From Ginglymostoma cirratum (taxonomy: Eukaryota): DNA of 64,000 nucleotides. The first letter of the stretch is position 1. The number at the start of each line of letters is the position of its first letter. Under the pieces are notes generated by a model. It was not told the origin of the DNA. It was given only the letters and a program-made list of their open reading frames with translations, and did not search any database. This document shows positions 47,601 to 60,879 of this stretch, piece after piece. Position numbers and translations under genes: made by a program. Location: NCBI GenBank assembly GCA_024137785.1, contig JAHRHZ010000079.1:9833073-9897072 (forward strand), read 5' to 3'.

Positions 47601-50600
47601 ACCTTATCAAACGCTTTACTGAAATCCAAAAACACCACATCAACCGCTTTACCCTCATCCACCAGTTTGGTCACCTTCTCGAAGAACTTAATAAGGCTTG
47701 TGAGGCACGACCTACCCTTCACAAACCATGTTGACTATCCCTAATCAAATTATTCCTCTCTAGATGATTATAAATCCTATCTCTTATAATCCTTTCCGAC
47801 ACTTCACCCACAACCGAAGTAAGACTCACTGGTCTATATTACCAGGGTTGTCTCTACTCCCCTTCTTGAACAAAGGGGCAACATTTGCTATCCTCCAGTC
47901 ATCTGGCACTATTCCTGTAGACAATGCCGATATAAAGATCATAGCCAAATGCTCAGCAATCTCCTCCCTAGCTTCCCAGAGAATCCGAGGATAAATCCCA
48001 TCCGGCCCAGGGGACTTATCTATTTTCACACTTTCCAGAATTGCTAACACCTCCTCCTTGTGAACCTCAATCCTGTCTAGTCTAATAGCCTGTATCTCAG
48101 CATTCTCCTCAACAACATTGTCTTTTTCATGTATGAATACTGATGAAAAATATTCATTTAGCGCCTCTCCTATCTCTTCAGACTCCACGCATAACTTCCC
48201 ACTACTGTCCTTGACTGGCCCTAATCTTACTCTCGTCATTCTTTTATTCCTGACATACCTTAGAAAGCTTTAGAGTTTTCCTGGATCCTACTTGCCAAAG
48301 ACTTCTCATGTCCCCTCCTGGCTATTCTTAACTCTCTCTTTAGGTCCTTCCTGGCTAACTTGTAACTCTCAAGCACCCTAACTGAGCCTTCACGTCTCAT
48401 CTTTACATAAGCCTCCTCCTTCCTTTTGACAAGAGATTCAATTTCTTTTGTAAATCACGGTTCCCTCGCTCGACCACTTTCTCCCTGCCCGACAGGTACA
48501 TATTTATCAAGGACACGCAGTATTTATGCTCTGCATTAGCTGAAGTCCTGGATGCATTGGTTATTGAGCATTCCTCTCCATTGGGCTTTTTATGCACTAA
48601 TATTGCCATGATGCTGTACGGGGTGGGGGTGTCATCACATGGCAAAACCAGATCTTGCTGAGGATCATAGTTTGCCAACAACTTAGAAGATGATAGCTGT
48701 TTCCTCACTGCTCTGAAAGCTATGGCTTGGCTACATGACCATTTCCAAGGCAGACCCTTTTTTAAGAGTGATGCAACGATGCCAGCTGGAGGCCAGCTTA
48801 TGTATGAACTTTCCGTAATAGTTCACTGACCCAGGGAAAGACCTAAAGTCTAGTACAGACGTCGGAGCCGGGGCACCTTTGATTACCCTCACTTTATCTT
48901 CTAGCGGGTGTAAACCAGTCTTGTCAACTCTGCGCCCAAGTAGGTCACTTGCGGTGCTTGGGATATTCATTGTTTCCGTCTAAGGCATACGCCCACCTGA
49001 GTGAAACGTCTAAGGTTTATGTTGAAGTTCTAAGTGCTCCTTATTGGTCGTCCTTATTACTAGCACATCATCTGTATAAATGGTGACCTGGGGTAGACCT
49101 TGTAAAATGTTCTCCATTATCCGCTGAAAAATTGTGTACGCCGATGATACCCCAAATGGCAGTATTGTATTTTGGTACAAACCCTTATGTTCTATTAATT
49201 GTACCATACTTCTGGGAATCCTCATTTAACCACAATTGCAAGTAGACATGGCTCATGTCCAGCTTTGTAAAGAATAGAACCCCTGCCAGCTTTGTGTATA
49301 AATCCTCTATGTGAGGGATTGGGTATTTATCCAGCTGCAAAAAAAGTTTACCATTTGTTTACAATCCCCACAAAGGCAAACCAACCTGTTGGCCTTCATG
49401 TTCCGTATGATTGGTGCTACCCATCCTGCAAACTGGAATGATATGATGATTTCTTTGCTTTCTAGCATTCTGATTTCTGTGTCTACTTTTGCTCGTAAGG
49501 CAAATGACACTTGGCAGGCTATGCAAAATGGTGGAGTTGTTTCCTGGTCAACAGGCAAAGTGGCCTTACCTCTCTTGATAGTCTCTGGATCTTCCTGAAA
49601 ACCATCTGAGTATTTATTAGGACTTCACTCATCGCCATTTTCTAATCAAAAAATGTTGAGCCAATCTAGGTGAATCTTTCTCAATGTTAATTTCGCCCCA
49701 TCAAGCTTGGGCCTGAGCCTTTAACTACTCCAGTGGTAACTGAACCAGCTGCTTCTCATAATAGTCCAGAGCCGAAGCTGTACCCTTAAACTGTAAACAT
49801 TTACTCGGCATAGGTTCTAAGTATAGCTGAGATCTTACACAAATTAAGGCTTGGAGTCCAGAGTGAATTTTGTTAACGTTTGGTTCTGTGATCACTGAAA
49901 CGCTGCACTGGTATCAATCTCCTTTAGAACCAGGTGGCCATTTAACCAGGTGTTTATTTAGATTGGTTCTGATATGGATGTTGTTGAACAATTTAACTCT
50001 TCCCAAACCAGATGTGGATGGGCTTTCCAGGGTATGCTCTCTCCTGGATACCGGCCTGTGAGTTCATTTACTCAATTTAAGTCGAGTCGGACTCCTTTGC
50101 TCTCTTGAGTCAACATTCCAGCAACAACTACAATGGCTTGCCAGCCTGGATCCTGAAGAAAATTTTGATTGCTTGGCTGAGGCTAGGCTTTGTTTTGGGG
50201 TTTTGTTTTGGGCTGACCAAGAGTCCCTCTGTTCAGGATATGTCCTGACTGAGGCTATGCAATTACCCTAACTCAAATGGTGTTCCCCAAGAACAGTCAG
50301 ACTGGTGAGGTGTCCACTTCCACTGAAATACACTGCAACTCTTATACTCCACTTGTTGCATTTACCAATGATAAAGCCAGTTGTAGTGGCTATTTGAAGT
50401 CCAGTTGACCTTCAGCTAATAGGTGCTTTTGCGTGGTTACATCATTAACCTGACATACCAAATAATCTTTCAGCATCTCATTAAGGGTTAAACCAAAGTT
50501 ACATTCCTCTGCCAGTCTTCTTATCTTGTCAAAAGTCCCAATACAGATTCCCCTGGTTCTTGAATTGCCGAGTAAAATGGATAACATCTCAGAATTAGAG

Positions 50601-51151
50601 GAGGCTTGGTTTGTAATATTCCTTTACTAAATCCAGCGACTCCTGAAAGGTTTTAGTATCTTGTACCTCAGAGAAAGTAGGCTCCTAATAACTGCAAATG
50701 CTGTGGGTCCATAAGCTGTCAGTAGAATTGCTCCAGAGTCATTTGCCCGGAAAAAATAATGTATTCTTTCCACATACTTGGCCCAGTCTTTGACGGCAGG
50801 ATCGATCGAGTCAAGCTTCCGAAGTAACAGCATGATGCCAGAAATGCTTACCCCAACTCAAGGATGACCATTGCAAGCAAATTTCTTCAGGAGCATGGTT
50901 TTCTCGTGTCGCCATTGAAATAACTCCACATTAATCAATATCCTGTCACCAAATCAACCTTTCTTTACATGGGGCAAATCCTTGACACTGATCCAGCCCT
51001 CTCAGAACCAGCTCCCTGAGTAAACAAGATGTCTGATACTCCTGTTCTTATCCATCAGTCAGTGCTTCCTGACTGTACCAGATTAACAGCCCCAGTCAGG
51101 GAACCCATATTCTATGAGGTCTACCAGACTGACCTCATTACAATCACTACA
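44677..51151 (-). mobile_element. Full-length degenerate Gypsy LTR retrotransposon (gag-PR-RT-RH-IN)
   Basis: 5' LTR 50916-51151, PBS-like tggcgacacgag, gag (DWAKYVERIHYFFRAND; RRLAEECNFG), protease EIDTSA near 49900, RT LPFGVSSA...YTDD, RNase H, integrase DAHSKW...DNGP...PYHPSSN.LAER, PPT agggggaggga, 3' LTR 44677-44909, flanks cgaag/ctaag. Confidence 0.92.
46471..48520 (-). mobile_element. Relatively young 5'-truncated CR1/HER1-like LINE nested in the Gypsy RNase H region
   Basis: KSPGPDGIYPRIL, DFSKAFDKVPH, SGVPQGSVLGP, FADD, RFFTQRVV; few frameshifts; (gttctat)n tail at the 46471 end. Confidence 0.95.
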
Positions 51152-51179
51152 CTAAGCACCTTAATATTTCCTCCCTCAC

Positions 51180-53130
51180 TATGTTTGTTCATCCAGTATT
51201 TCACACACCTCCTTAATAACAGTACCTTCATTATCGCAAAGACAGAGGCAAAGTATATATGAAGAAACGTGATTGCATATCCCACCTCCACATGTGTTAT
51301 TGTTCTGGTCCGTAATTGAGTTTATTCTTTTCTTAACTATCCCCTTACCCTTAATATAGTCATGAAGCTGCTGTTGAGCTTCTTTGATCTTTTCATGCCC
51401 ATCTTTGCTTGTCAAATTTCCTTTTTAATTTCACCTCTGCAATCTGTATACTTCTCCAGGTTTCCTGAAAGAAGAAATTTGTTTATTGCCTTATCTTACC
51501 CTGTATGCTTTCAGATATGGAAGCAGCTCTGGACTTGGGAGTCCTATCCTTTGCCTTTTAGAGAATGCATTTGTTTTGAAACCTTGTTATCTCTGCCTTG
51601 AATGCATCCCACTGCTCTGTTATTGATTTTCCTTCGAGTAACATTTTCAGTTCAGTTTTGCTAAATTACATTTCAATTTATTAAAATTGGTCTTTCCTCA
51701 TTTGACCATTTTTACTTTTGGGACAGAAGTGGGCAGGCTACATTTTCCCCAGAAAGAAACCCATTCCACAGGTATAAAGGATCTGAGAACAGGCTAAATT
51801 GCCTAATTGTGAACCAGCACCCATGGGAGCTTCTGACACCTCCAGCAATATCAGCAGCACCGTATACTCAGTATCGGTAGAAATGTAGGAATGGGAGGTT
51901 AACATTCGTAGCAACAGAGTACTCACGCAGGGTAGTGAGGGAAATGAAATAGGAGAGACATTGCAATGTTGGCTAAACATACAGGTATAAGAGTGAGGAG
52001 GATTGATTTGCTCACAGAGATCATTAAATGAGGCAATTTGTGTTGAAGTTTAGAATAAAGGGGTCAATTACGACAATTGATGTTTACTACAGACGCCAAA
52101 ATGTTTGCGGAAAATAAAAGCACGAATATGTAAACAAAACACGGATTCCAGTGTGAGGTGAAGAGCATGTATTGGGTTGGGATGTGTTTGGAAATTTCAA
52201 GAAGTGGAGTGAGATGGGAAAGGAATTCAAGCGTTGGGGGAGACAGTATTTTTCAGGGCAGCTGAGTTGGAAGGAAGGTGGAGCACTATCTTTAGGGGAT
52301 GGCTTCAATGCACAATGGAAGTAAATAGTACCTGCTTTCTTCCTTCTATTTGTGAACGGCTTCAAGAAAATGACCTATCCATTCTTGTCATATTTTGGTG
52401 TGGTTAGTGTATTATCAGGGCAAAATGAACTTGTAACAAGATCAAGTGATCCTTAATTATTTATTCACTTGGGAAACTGTTGATCTGGTGCTTGCTCACC
52501 CTCCATACTTTGGGGGTTAGGAAGGGTGGTTTTTATCCATTTGAATTATATTACTTAGGCACCTGCTGAAAACACACCCAGTTGGGGCACATAAAAACCA
52601 ATCTTTCATCTTTCCCTTTCCATACCTATGCTAAATCTAACTCAATTATAATAAGTACCACTGAAATGTGGCCTGACTGAAACCTTTTCCACCTACCCAG
52701 TCTCATGCCCAAATCTAAATCCAGAACTGTCCTTTCTCCTATTTTGCTTTCTTCATACTAGCTAAAAGTATTCTCCTGAGTGCATTTTCGGAACCTGCAC
52801 CATCCATGTCTTAACTCAAATTTGGGAAGTTAATGTCTTCTGATTTTACTGCCCTATTGTTTTCACATGTTTCAAAAATTGTCCCTCACATCCTCTCAAC
52901 CATTTGAGGGATCGCGGTAAACTTCAAGCACTGTGGTTGCCGTTCTTTGTTCTTCAGATTGCTACAGTTGATCATCCTTCTAAGCAAATCATCCCTCCTC
53001 ACTCCTTTATTTGTTTCATTAACCAAAATTACAATGACTCTCCTTTATAATTCTCCCCACTATCTTGTCTGAATGTCCTATTACTCGGAATGTTAAGGTG
53101 CCATTCCTACCTTTCTTTCAGCCATATTCC
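51180..53130. mobile_element. Mixed-orientation degenerate CR1 fragments (endonuclease region)
   Basis: Plus-strand EAICVE...VYYR near 52030-52100; minus-strand equivalents at 51180-51720 and 52880-53130. Confidence 0.45.
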
Positions 53131-53199
53131 AATCACGTTGAAAGCTTACAAAGAAAACACTACTTATTTACATGATCTGAGTCATGAATGTTTGTGGTC

Positions 53200-53315
53200 A
53201 AGCACAATGTGGTACAGTGTAGTATCCCTACTTCTGAGCCAGTAGGCCTGGATGCAACTCCCACCTCTTCCAGAGGTGTGTAACATCATCATTAACAGGT
53301 TGATTAGAAAATATC
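53200..53315 (+). mobile_element. Short tRNA-derived SINE-like repeat (second copy)
   Basis: Similar to 39905-40020. Confidence 0.6.
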
Positions 53316-53674
53316 TAGAAAGCACCACTTTCAGTAAACATCACTGTGGAAGACGATTAATGCTCTAAGACTGAACATGTCCAACATTGGTTGCAACTAA
53401 ATTTTGCTACCAGCCTGACCCTGTTAATTGTTGTCAATGCTTAAAATATATTGTGGACTGTCATTTGATGTAAGTGTCACTTTGGAAGCTCTTTACGAGC
53501 ATACACAGAGCTCTCCTAACTCAGCAATTGAGAAAATAGACATCCTGAGTACCTTTTTAAACCTAGTTTCATCAGCAGCAATGTCATGCTCAGAGGCTGT
53601 TAATTGTGAGTGGCATGAAGTATAATAATTAAGAGCTATCACCAATAGTACACAATGATCATTATGATAAGTAT

Positions 53675-54625
53675 CATAGAGTTATAGAATGATACAACAT
53701 AGAAGCAGGTCCTTTGGCCAACCATGTTTGTGCCAACCAACAAACATCAAACTGAACTAATCCCATTTACCTATACTTTGTCCCTAGCCTACTGCACCCT
53801 GGCATTTTAATTACTAATCCGGATACTTCTTGAAAGTTGAGAGAGTACCTGCCTCTACCACCCTCCCACGTGATACGTACCATGTATCTACTACACTCTG
53901 GGTGAAAACGTTTTTGTCTCAGATCTCCTCTAAAACACTTGCTCCTTACCTTAAACTTACGCACTCTGGTCTTAGACGCATCTGCCATGGGGAGGAGATT
54001 CTCACAGCCTACTCTGTCTATGCCTCTCATAATTTTATATACCTCAATCAGATCCCTCATCAGCCTGCTCCAAGGAAAACAAACCCAGCCTATCCAGTCC
54101 CTCATAACTGAGACTTTTCATCCCTGGCAACATCCTGTTGAACCTTCTCTCCACCCTCTCCAATGCAATCACATGTTTCTGAAAGTGTAACAATCAGAAC
54201 TGTGCACAGTATTCCATCTGTGGCCTCACCAGTGTTTTATAAAGATGTAACAAGACTGTCTTGCTCCTATAATCTGTGTCCTGCCTAATGGGTGCAAGCA
54301 TCTCATATGTCATCTTCACCAACCTGTGCTGACACCTTCAGGGGTCTACGGACAGTCCCTTTATTTATTGTCCTCATTTTTTTTTGTGTATATCCTTCCC
54401 TAATTAGATCTCCTGAAATGAATCACCTTACACTTATCAGGATAAAATTCCATTTGCCATTGCTCTGTCCAATTCACCAGCTGATCTGACTGTAGCCTGA
54501 TACCATCCTCCCCACTATCAAAAATGCTCCCAATTTTTGTATCATCTGCAAACTTACTAATTCGACTTTCTTCATTCACATCCAGGCTGTTAATGTACAC
54601 AACAAACAGCACGATGCCAGTGGTA
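53675..54625 (-). mobile_element. CR1 LINE 3' fragment
   Basis: ISKFADDTKIG, WQMEFYPDKCKVIHF, DLIEVYKIMRGIDRV. Confidence 0.9.
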
Positions 54626-56869
54626 CATCACAGTCGAACCTATCGCTGAAAGGTTTAGTTGAATTCGTTCTCAAGGAAACTGACATTTCAAGCAACTTAA
54701 AAGATATAACATTGAACATTTCAAAGTTCGCGCAGTGGGTTAACACAATGTCAGGTCTCTTAACTAAGTTGCAACCTAACGCAGATTGACAGCAATAAAA
54801 ATGTTCTCTTTCTGTCAGTTAGTGGTCCAATGTAAAACGTGATTTCTTAATCTCAACCCTATTTCTTACTCACTGAGACTACAGTCCAAAATTGACAAAT
54901 TTGTTTACACTTATGGGCAATCTTAAGGTTTGTTTTCACCTCAAGTGTTGCATTCAGTGTAAAACTGCATTACTTCACTGCAGTTCCAGGTTGCACTTTG
55001 GTCTTCTATTACATCATGCCAGCTTAGGTATGTTGCACAGCAAGAAAAAGCACTGCACTGATAGCAAGCTAATAGTGTCACACTGGTGAAAATCAAATAT
55101 TGCTGAGATCAGGTACTGGTCCAGTTATTAAGGCTGAGAGGATGTTCTAAGGCAGTGGTCTGGAATTGATGATGGCAATGACAATTAAATTGTCAATCTT
55201 CCCTGCCATTATTATTCTGGAACTGACAGCAGCCCTGGAATCCACATACGTGCATTTAAATGCAGAAATCCTTAAGTCACCTCCCATTATTTTCTGGCAT
55301 TCATGTCCTTCCCACCACTCAACCACCCCATGTGTACTTAGAAATTGCTAAATCAATGTGAACATGCATTTTACCCTATTAGTTTCATTGCATAAACACT
55401 TCAAAGCTATATTTTGTTGAATGAAGTATAACTAGGATTTCAACAGCGTAGTGAATACATTTCTGGAATGTCAAATACCCCATTTGTAATAAAAATACAC
55501 ATGACTAACAACTTTTAAAACAGGTACATATGATATTTAAGTTTCTAACTTAATCTAACGTGCACATCCTGATCATTTATTTTTGCCTCCACAAAATTGC
55601 AATTAAAGGTGAAACTCCCAGTGCATTTTGCTTTCTTCTTGCTCACTAACTAAATGTGATGAACTGCTAACCCTGCTTGTAGACATCACTGGGGGCTTGA
55701 GGATCTCAATGACTTGTTGGCAGATTCAAACTGACAGAGGCAAAGGACGAATCCTCAACAAAGATATAACCGTATCTTCTTGATCAGTTTTTTTGAGGTT
55801 AGAAACACAAGATCTTAAAGGTTAAGGTCGACACAGCATAAAAGAGAAAAGGTTTCTTTTCTCAAATGAATAAAAATGGACTCACCAATGTTAAACATCA
55901 TTTTAAAACAATTTACTACATGATATAGAGTCACAAATGCCAAGAGAATGGGATTTTGAGGACAATTTATTACTGGTTTGTTTCTCCTAATGAACAGTAA
56001 TATAGTGCAATAGCCACTGCTTCAAATTAAGTATATACACATATCCACTTTTGTATCAATTGAAACTTAACTAAAACTGAAATCCTTAAAAATTATGCTT
56101 TAATAAAGAGTAAAAATATATTTTGGTAATGTTTCAGAGTAAAATTGCAAGTATTTGTAATCATTAAAGGCCATTGAGTTTGACGGCAAAGCCATCATGA
56201 AAATTTGTGTGATGTAGTTGAATAAACCCGAGAAAAGCATAGTTAATTAGAGTTTTATGTTTCAAGAACCAGATTTAACTGTTAAATGGCAATTACTCAT
56301 TAATATTTTACATTTGATCTCCATATGTATCAGTTTACAATGTATAGAATAATTCATAAGCAGAAAATAAATAAGTAGTCTTAATAAATAAGACTTTAAA
56401 TAGCCTGCCTTTTCATTCCACTCATACAGGGCTCAGACAAACTTATTGCTTCTCAGTTAGTTGGTTATTATGTTTCCTTATCTAGTAGCTTATAAACTTT
56501 GAACCAGAAGATAATTGTTTCTCAATAAATCCAAAATCATTGCATGGAATTTTAAATAGGACGGCCACCTTTGTAAAACCCTTGTGGGTATCTTTACAGC
56601 TATTTTAACAAGTCCATAATTTATGTGTACAACTTGTATATTGGATGTATAACTCACTTTGCCAATATCATTATGGTTCTTGAGCATAACAATGTCACAA
56701 TGCACCAATCATGTAAATAAAATACAGTTCTGTTGCCCCAAGAGAACAATTATTTCCTCCTCTCCTTTTGTCAAGCACACAATCTACAATAGGGTCTTGT
56801 TTGATGCGTCTTTCATGAATGTTTCAATATGTTCCTTGATTTTCAGTCAAGCGGTGCCTCGATGTTAAA

Positions 56870-57255
56870 ATTTTCATCATATTTTCAAATCACTGTGTGA
56901 CCTTATTTTTCCCCATCTCTGTAACCTCATTCAGCCCTACGAATTTCCTTGATCTCTGCATTCCATGAATTTTGACCTCTTGAGCATTCCAGATTTTATT
57001 CACTTCACCGATAGAACCTGTACTTTCTGCTGCCTATACTTTTAATCTCAAGAACTGCATCCCTACAGCTCCACCTCTTCACCTCTCTTTCCTTTCATAA
57101 GGTGATCCTTTAAAAAAACTCACCTCTTTTGCCAAGTTTTTTACCATCTAACCCAATATTACCTTATGTGGTCAAATTTTGTTTTGTAGTGCTCCTGTAT
57201 AGCACATTGAGATATTTTATGTTAAGCATGCTATACAAATGCAAATCATTGTTAA
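56870..57255 (+). mobile_element. L2-type LINE/SINE 3' tail, degenerate
   Basis: aaaattttcatcatattttcaaatc...ctctgtaacctcattcagccctac...gctatacaaatgcaa tail. Confidence 0.5.
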
Positions 57256-59489
57256 TATTCTTTGATGAGGGATGAGATGTACTTGCAAGTCCAGATTTGG
57301 ATATTTCGATTTCAGTTATATATTCATTGGTGAGAAAGCCAGGCATTTCCCATGAGAAGAAAAAAATTAAGCCATCCATACATTTAATTTAATAGGATCC
57401 CATTTAACCAATAGAAGATTATTGTTTTTTGTTTTGTGTAATATCTTTCATGCATGAAGAATGTTTTGTCTGTTCAGTCAGTGGGAAGCATCTTCCTAAC
57501 CATTAGCTTTCGTTCATTTGCCTCAGCACTTTTGTTCAAGAGAACATGCCAACATTTGCAAATGTAGATGGCTGAAGCAAAGAAAGATAAAGGAATATGC
57601 GGATAAACTGGTCACGTATGATTAAGTCTACTGCCTGTGTCAATGATAATTTCAGAATGGTTTTTATCTATGCACAAGCATTTTGGTGTAGTGAGAAGGT
57701 TTGAACGTTCATATATAATTAATTCCTCTCCGGCTTCAATTTGGCTCATGCTTATTGTAATAAGGCATTTGCTGTGACAATTTAGCTTACTATTCCATCA
57801 TTTTAATCAGCAAAACTTAGCATCCTTAGGCAATCCTACTTTTTTCACATGTACTTGATTTTGACTATTTTAAGCTATTTGAGCATTATTGTATCAGAGT
57901 GAACGATATTTTTTCTCTTTTGTTCTGAAGTGCACCTCCTCCAATGAGTCAATAAATGCAATTGACTGCAGTTTTATTATATGTAAAGATAGCAAGAACA
58001 CTATGGCAATTTACAATTCCAAAGATTAAAACGTAATCTTTTTAGTTATAAAAAGTTGCAGATTTTGTTTCAATTTGCTATGCAGGCAGCATTATTTGTT
58101 CCTATTTTCTCCCTCCCTACCGGTCGTGTATCGTGTAATATATGGATTGTCAAACTTTATCCTGCATTGCTACATAGTTGATGATGGAACTCTGTGCAAT
58201 TGATCTTTATGTATGAGCTTTACTTTAATTGTAATTCTATGTTTATCACAACCAATTATTTTCTGCTTGTCACCTCTAAGGCCAATCACTTGCAGGTGAA
58301 ATTAGTACTTCATCTATTCTCTTCAGTTCACTGTACACCAGATCTAGGAAACCTAATGGGACAACTTAAACCTCATGCGTCTGCTTTGTTGCTGCAGGGT
58401 ATATAACTTCTATAATGTAGGTAATTTATTCAGGGTATACAATTACTGCCAGAGCGTTCCTTTATTCAAGACATATAATTACTCCGTGGCAGGCAATCCA
58501 TCCACTTCATACAATTAATATCTGGCCTTTCCTGAATCCAGAGTTCAAGCAATTTCTATTTGTAGCATATGGCATTCTTCCGTCTGTACAATTGCAGCAA
58601 TGTAGTCTTCAAATGTGGTGCACATTTTCCAGTTAAATCACTCCACAGCTTGACCTGTATTGATTTGTACTAAATCCTGCAGTCCATATAGCACCATTGA
58701 ATGTCCTCATTTCATGAAAGGGTAGCACTAATCCAAATACATAGAAACAATTAAATATAGGCTATTCTGTGTACATGTTGAAACAAATAAGTAACACTGA
58801 CAGGCCTGCCTGGAAAATTGTGATTCCACAAGGGTAAACTGAAAACAATTGAGCTCAATTACAAAGATTATAATGGGAACCTAAATATGTTGTGGTGTCT
58901 AGCTCGATTTAACATGGGGAAGAGAATTGCAAGAAATGTAATGAGCATAATTTAATAACCAAAGAAGAAAGCCAAAAAGTAAGTAGCCAAATCCTTCTGG
59001 TGTAATAAATAACAATGATCAATTGTGCATTTCTCATTAAATATACTGATTACTTGAGCAAACACACGTTTTCTTTGGCATTTTTAAAATCTTCCAGTGT
59101 GTCTTCAGTTCGGTAACATTATGTGCATACACCTAGCACTGTTGAATTACAATCTGCACTACCAGTGTAGAAGACATTTTGTCATTTTACATTGTATTTA
59201 TTATTTTATTGTAGGGTATTCAAATAATAATGTATAAAATAGTGAAATATTTCTAAATGTAGTTCTGAAAGATGAAATGAGGAAGAATGGATGATATGTA
59301 AAATAAAGGTTGGAAAACATTTCAGGGATATTAGGAAAAACAATAAATAATTCTGAATATTAGCTCAGTAAGTAAGCTATTAAAGAATAATTGTGATTAA
59401 TTCAAGTTTAGAAAATAGGAAGAAAATTAATATAGTGGAAATTGAAATTTAATTTTATTATGCATTTAAAATTATTGTGATGAAAAGAA

Positions 59490-60500
59490 TGGGTTGAATT
59501 TTACAGAAATTGGATAATTGAGATTTTCATTCAGTTTCATGCAGGGTTTCTCTCTGCACATACTAGGGGGTTTGCTCACACTATTGTTCCAAATCCACCT
59601 CATTAATGAAGTGTCATGCCTGTATGCTGTCCCATTTGTCCAATACTAGTCCAATTCACCCACTCACTGTAGGCAGAAGTACTTACCACTGCTGGGATGT
59701 CCCAGGATCACTAGAGCCAGTGCTATCTTTTAAAAGGCTATCATGCACCTGGTAAAGTGCTTGCTGGCTTCATGATTTGGGTCTTTTGGTATAGATGTAG
59801 AAGACAAGGGAAATTGACGCCTGTATTAGGGATACGGATCTGGATGCCCTGGGAGACAGAGTGCTTTGCGGGGGTGGAGGACATCCTCTTCCTCCAGGAC
59901 TGGCAGAGAAGTTCATGACATCAAACTGTGCCAGCCCTGTCCAAGGTTGACACTCTAGTCAGTGTGAGGAGTGCCCAGCAGTGCCTCAAGAAGGTGAATG
60001 ACTTTCTCCGCTCCGCCTATATAAGTGTCGCCATCCTCTCTCTGCCAGCATACACTCACTCGATCACTGCCATTGAACACTGACCCACTAAGGCTCAAGC
60101 TTGGCCGCCATTGCATGTAGCATGTTTCCTCAATCGCTATCTCCCATCCCAATCCAAAACATTACCTCTGTACTGCCTTCACCCTGACTCGGGACACCTC
60201 ACCACTTTTCTCCCAGCTGCACTAACAACTGTGCCAGTTATTTTCATCTCACTCCACACCTCCCTTTCTCTCAATCCAGGCGAAAACAGCCCATAATAAA
60301 GCAGAAAGAGCCAGTACGGGTGGTAGGGTGCTGGGCATTCAGCTCCTCACCCTCACTGAGGAGAGAATCTTGGCCCAGTTTGACCTTTGAACTGACGTCC
60401 ACCCATGAAGAATAGGGCATGGATGCATAAGAGCATTTACCAACAAGGTTGCCTTGTCTACTACCCAGGACTGCCTCAGGCAGCAAAACATTGCTAGTGT
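59490..60500 (+). mobile_element. Harbinger-type DNA transposon remnant with Myb/SANT-like exon
   Basis: TIR-like gggttgaatttt at 59490; 59800-60015 reads DTDLDAL...ILF...RSAQQCLKKVNDFLRSA. Confidence 0.6.
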
Positions 60501-60879
60501 ATCACAGGTATTAATGGGATTGATTTGTAATGTTACTTGATATGGTCATGAGTGCTTAGGGCAAGAATGGAACCTCTTGCTCACAAATGTACCTGCTGCA
60601 GATGCATCTACCCATGACAGTACCCATGACATGACCACCACATAGACCTTGTGAAGACAAAATTCTATCATCACATATCCCAAACCATGTTGCATGGCAC
60701 TATCATTGTGCTAAATGTGACAGACTTAGAAGCTACATTCCCTCTAACTGGTTTTTCTCCAGCACAGATTTCCAAGGTTTAGGTGTGGCACAAACTTCGG
60801 AAACTAGAAGTCAATATGTGTATGCCACTCAGCATACTTCGGAGTGGCTGCGCTGCCACACAGCTTAGAGAAAACATTT

